64,000 nucleotides of DNA, taken from NCBI RefSeq assembly GCF_009914755.1, contig NC_060940.1; one strand, 5' to 3'. Positions 59,240-64,000 of this stretch are shown here, piece by piece. Position 1 is the stretch's first letter, and each line of letters begins with the position of its first letter. Position numbers and translations under genes: made by a program. Origin of the DNA: the human T2T-CHM13v2.0 reference genome, Homo sapiens. The notes beneath the pieces are model-generated. The model did no database searches, had not been told where the DNA came from, and worked only from the letters and a program-made list of their open reading frames with translations.

Positions 59240-61795
59240 TTTATTGAGATATAATTTACATAGTGTTGAGTGCACACATTAATGTCTACAAGTCACTGGC
59301 TTTTAGTATGTGCACAGATAAGTGGAGCCATCATCACAATGAATTTTAGAACACTTTCACCACTTCAAAAAAAAACCCCACCTTCTCTAGCTGTTAACCT
59401 CCTATGCACCCATCCCCTACTCAATCCTAAGCAACCACAAATCTGTTTTCTGTCTCTATAGATTTTCCTATTCTGTTTTCATCTAAATAGAATCATAAAT
59501 TAGGTGGCCTTTTCTGCCTGGCTTCTTTCAGTTGGGATAATGCTATCAAGTTTCATGTAAGTATTGGTACTTTATTTCTTTTTATAACTGTATAACATTC
59601 AATTTCATGGATAAAACATTTTGTTTATCCAATAATATTTTTATTTACATTTAAGTTGTGTTCAGCCTTTGGCTATTTTCAATACTGCTGCTAAAAATAC
59701 TTGTGTACAATTTGTGTTTGAACACCTCTTTCCAATAATCTGGGTGTATACCTAGGAATAAATTTCTGGGTCATATGACAATTCAATGTTCAATATATTT
59801 AGAAGCCATCAAATTATTTTCCAAAGTGGCCAGTTCTAGCCATAGAGTATCTAACTGTGGTTTTGATTTGTAGTTGCCTGATGAGTGATGCTATTGAGTA
59901 TCTTTATATGGGATTATTGACCGTTCGTGTATCTTCTTGGGAAACACATCTATTCCTATCATTTATCAGTTTTGAGTTGGGATATTTGTTACTGAGTTAA
60001 AACAATTTTTCTATATTCAAGATACATGTATATACAGACATATAGATACGTGTTTTTCAAATATCTTCTCACAATTTTTGAGTTGCCTTTTGACTTACTT
60101 GGTTGTCCTTTGAAACATCAATGTCTTTAATTTTTAAGAAATTTTAAATATCTAATTTTTATTTTCTTGCTCATGTTTTTGGTGTTACAGCTATTCCTTT
60201 GCTAGATCCAAAATACTGAAGATTTTCCCATATGCTTTATTCTAGCTCTCGCATGTGTGTCTTTAATTCATTTGAGTTAATATTTTTGTATGCTTTGGGG
60301 TAAAGGTTCAAATTTATTATTTTGCAAGTGGTGATCCACGTGAACGTTGTTGACCTAGTTTGTTCAAAGACCGTCTCTTCCTCGTTGAATTGCACACGGC
60401 ACCACTTTAAGAATGCATTGACTATATACACATAGTTTTATATATGGACTCTCAATTCTCTTCCATCAATCTATATATTTTTCCCTCATTAATATTGTGT
60501 TGTCTTGATTACTGATACTTTGCAGTAAGGTTTGGAGCATGGGGGTGTGAATTATCCTAATATATTTTCTTTTTTCAAGATTATTTTGGCTATTTTGGGT
60601 CCCTCACAATTCCATGTGTATTTCAGAATCAGCTTATCAGTTTCTAGACAGAAGTCTGTTGGGATACTTGCAGGGATTTCATCAATCTGTAGTTCAAATT
60701 GTAAAGTACCACAATATTAAATCTTCCAATTCATGGCTGTAAGATGTTTGCTAATTATTTAGATATTCTTTAAACAATAATTTTTAATTTTCAGAGTAAA
60801 CTCTTGTATCACATTTTCCAAATTAATTATTATTTCTTTTTTTGATGCTATTTTAAATTGTTTTCTTAATTTCATTTTTGGGTTTTCATTGTAGATGTGT
60901 GCAATTGGTTTTTGTACATTTATCTTGTATGCTGTAATATTGCTGGAATAATTTACTAGTTCTATTGTTCAGTGGATTCCTTAAAATTTTTTATATACAA
61001 GAATGTTATTTTCAAATAACGTTTTATTTCTTCCTGTTCAATATGGGTGACTCTTATGTTTTTAGTTGCTGATTTGCCCTGCATAAAATCTTTAGTACAG
61101 TGTTGACTAGAAGAGGTCAAAGTATACATCCTATTCTTATCTCTGACCATAGCAGGAAAGCATCCTTTACCATTAAGTTGCATGTTTGATGTTGGCTTCT
61201 CACAGGTGCCATGTATCTGGTGTAGAAATTTCTCTATTCCTGGTTCATTGTGTTTTTATTTTTATTTTTAATCATTAAAACATTTGGATTTTGGTAAAAG
61301 TCTTTTCTGAATCTATCGAGATGATCATGCAATTCTCGTTTCTTATTCTATGGATAAGATGTATTACCTTAATGGATTTTGGGCTGTTAAACCAACCTGG
61401 GATTACTTGTATAAATTTCACTTTGTCATAGTGTATAATTCTTTTATATGTTGCTAGATCTGATTTGTTAGTATTTTTTAAGGTATTTTGCCTTTATACT
61501 TACAGTAGTTTTATTTTTCTATGCTATTTGGACTATTTTTTGTGTCAAGGTAACACTGGTCCTACAGAATAAATTGGGAAGTGAATATTTCTCTCTTTTA
61601 AAAAAGCTAGTCAAGAATTAATATCAGTTATTCAACACTAACAAATATTATTATTATAAATTATTAATTTCTCCAATTTTTATTTTCTTCCTTCTGCTTG
61701 CTTTAGTTTTAGTTTGCTATTCTTTCCAGTGCCTTAATGTGGAAGGTCATCTTATCTCATCCTTTCATTTGTCTTTTCATTTTCTAAATAGTGTC
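59240..61795 (-). mobile_element. L1M fragment (copy 2)
   Basis: Paralog of 20094-22650. Confidence 0.85.
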
Positions 61796-62707
61796 TTTTT
61801 AGCATCAGGTGAGCTCCCCAGGTTGGTAGCATTCCATGATTATTGCTGTACAACAGTGACAGTTAATATGTCACGAAGACAATGAAAACTTAACATTCAA
61901 AATCTCCTAGATTCCACATTATATGATATGTCTCTTTAACTGGTCCTAATTTCTACCCTTTCTCTATTATAAACCAAGAGTACAACGGCATTCAATGAGT
62001 TCTGAGATTCTTTCTAGTAAATTGTTGAAACTGAGGGTGTTCAGGGGAAACCCCTGAACTGGCAGTTGGTGTCAGAAATGAGAATCGTCTTATATGGCCT
62101 CTTCCTTTGAACTTTGCAGCTGGACGCAAACTCTGCAGAATTTGGGCCAGAAGTCTCGTGTTGACTTTGCAGCCTAAAGTGTCTTGTAGTTTTTCTAACC
62201 CTCAATAAATTTGCTTTCATCAAATATTGTATTTGTTACCCCAAAATTACCATCACGTTTTTTCTCCAAATAACTAACATTGGGAGAAATAGCCAGCTGA
62301 GTCTGTAACTCAACAGAAACAAGTGATCCATATACCATATACCATATAAGTGGCCATTTCATTTTGCCTTCTGCCACCAAATCTTAGCAACCTCAACCAT
62401 TGCCATGAGCCACTCTAGGCCTACCAGCTACAAACAAACAAGTATCTTTTAAAAACACTTCATACTCCCATTTGATAAATTTCCCAGCAAAGACATGCCT
62501 ACTTTAACTCTATGCAAGTGGCTCATATTCATGGTCTGTAGATATTATTCATGTAGTGTGAGAAAATCATCCCAGCGATGCCAGCATATTCTCCTTCCCA
62601 TGATCTGCTTAGTTTGCAAACATATTCAGGCCATGGGTGAGAGATTTGTATTTCACTGTACAACAATTTTATGGAGGGAATTGAAACCTACCTTGAGCAT
62701 TTTAGTA

Positions 62708-63049
62708 CAGTCACACATCACTGAATGATAGGGATAGGTTCTATCATATGTATCCATAGGCAATTTCTTCATTTTGCAAACATCACGGAGAATATTACAA
62801 ACACCTAGATTGTACAGCCTACCACGTCTAGGTTATATGGTATAACCTCTCTCTCCCCGGCCACAAACCTGTGTACTACATTACTGTACTGAATACTGCA
62901 GGCAGTAAGAACACAGTGGTAAGAGATTATGTATCTAAACATACTTAAACGTAGAAAAGTATGTAAAAATATGTATTATAATCTCATGGAACCACTTTTA
63001 TATATGTAATCCATCTTTGATTGAAATGTTATTATGCATGACATGACTC
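62708..63049 (+). mobile_element. Tigger3a (copy 2)
   Basis: TA|CAGTCA...TGACTC|TA; paralog of 23569-23910. Confidence 0.85.
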
Positions 63050-64000
63050 TATGACAAAAATAAAATAACACATTGTAAAAAATATACACAGGTATCAAAC
63101 ATTTTAATATTGTAAAAATAAAAATATTCAGTGTAAGAATTTGTAATGATCACAAAATGTTCACAGCTTATATTTTAGTACAGTTTCAAATGCCTAGTGC
63201 AATTAATATTTGTTTCTGTGTGTATTTTAAGCATGTATATTATAAATATTTTTCAGGTTCAACAAAATATATCAATCCAACTGGCTCTTATAAATATTAG
63301 TTAAAATCAATTAGTAAATTCATATGTATATATACACACGTGTATCTGTCTGTATGCATGTATGTATGTGTAAATGTAACTGTATATGTGTGTAAATGTA
63401 ACTGGATGCATCCTAATATTTACCCTTACCTACAAGATTTCCAAGATTCATTTATTATCTTTAGATGATGTGCATTTAAATATTTACCAAATAAAACTGT
63501 AATCATGGAAAATATCAAGATGTTTCTAAATTCCTCTTGTGCACATAATTGTTCTTTAAATTTATGGTTCTTGCAAAACTTTTGGTAATGCTCATGCAAA
63601 AAATAATTTCCTAAATAAAAAATAAGAACATTTTCTCTGTCATTAATTCTTAATAATTATTTCTCCCCAACAATTAATGTGAATTAATTCTTAATTCTTA
63701 ATTATAGAATAATGTTGCCCTTCAGAGTTCTGAATCTTTTGCATGTTGTATACATTTCACTAACTAGAACAACTTCTGAAATATTGGCATTAATTAATGT
63801 CACTCAGCAATTAATGATTTCAAAGAAATTAAATACCATTCATATTCTGAATCACAAGGGTACTTTGGCATCTAATTTAATCAAGCTCTTTGTATCATCA
63901 TCTACACTTTAATTACTTAACAAACATTTCTCTGTGTGAGAAAGTTTGAGCACGTTATTGTGCTTTTTTAAGATGCAACGTTTGCTTAATCTAGAGATAG

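Overview
Primate (human or great-ape) pericentromeric DNA with no credible protein-coding gene. The window holds about 1.65 copies of a ~38-39 kb head-to-tail composite unit. Each unit is a diverged HSat2/HSATII satellite array (GAATG strand on +, 23/26-bp monomers; 1-1860 and ~25394-39977) followed by a ~23.5-24.5 kb AT-rich block of old interspersed repeats (L1M, L2, MaLR/ERV LTRs, Alus, MER20, Tigger3a; 1861-25393 and 39978->64000). The two units share the same satellite/non-satellite junction and are roughly 95% identical by hand-counted samples. Copy 2 carries a 5'-truncated L1PA2-like insertion with a 10-bp TSD. Copy 1 has two microhomology-flanked deletions (563 bp and 15 bp). Two patches are far more identical between copies than the background. 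The satellite shows nested 49-bp, 147-bp and ~1.1-kb duplications. The most interesting hypothesis is a THE1-LTR promoter with a DUX4-type motif, splice donors and a conserved acceptor/exon pointing toward the next HSATII array; it is intact in copy 2 and degraded in copy 1. Repeat subfamily names come from remembered consensus sequences, and boundaries without a stated TSD are approximate.
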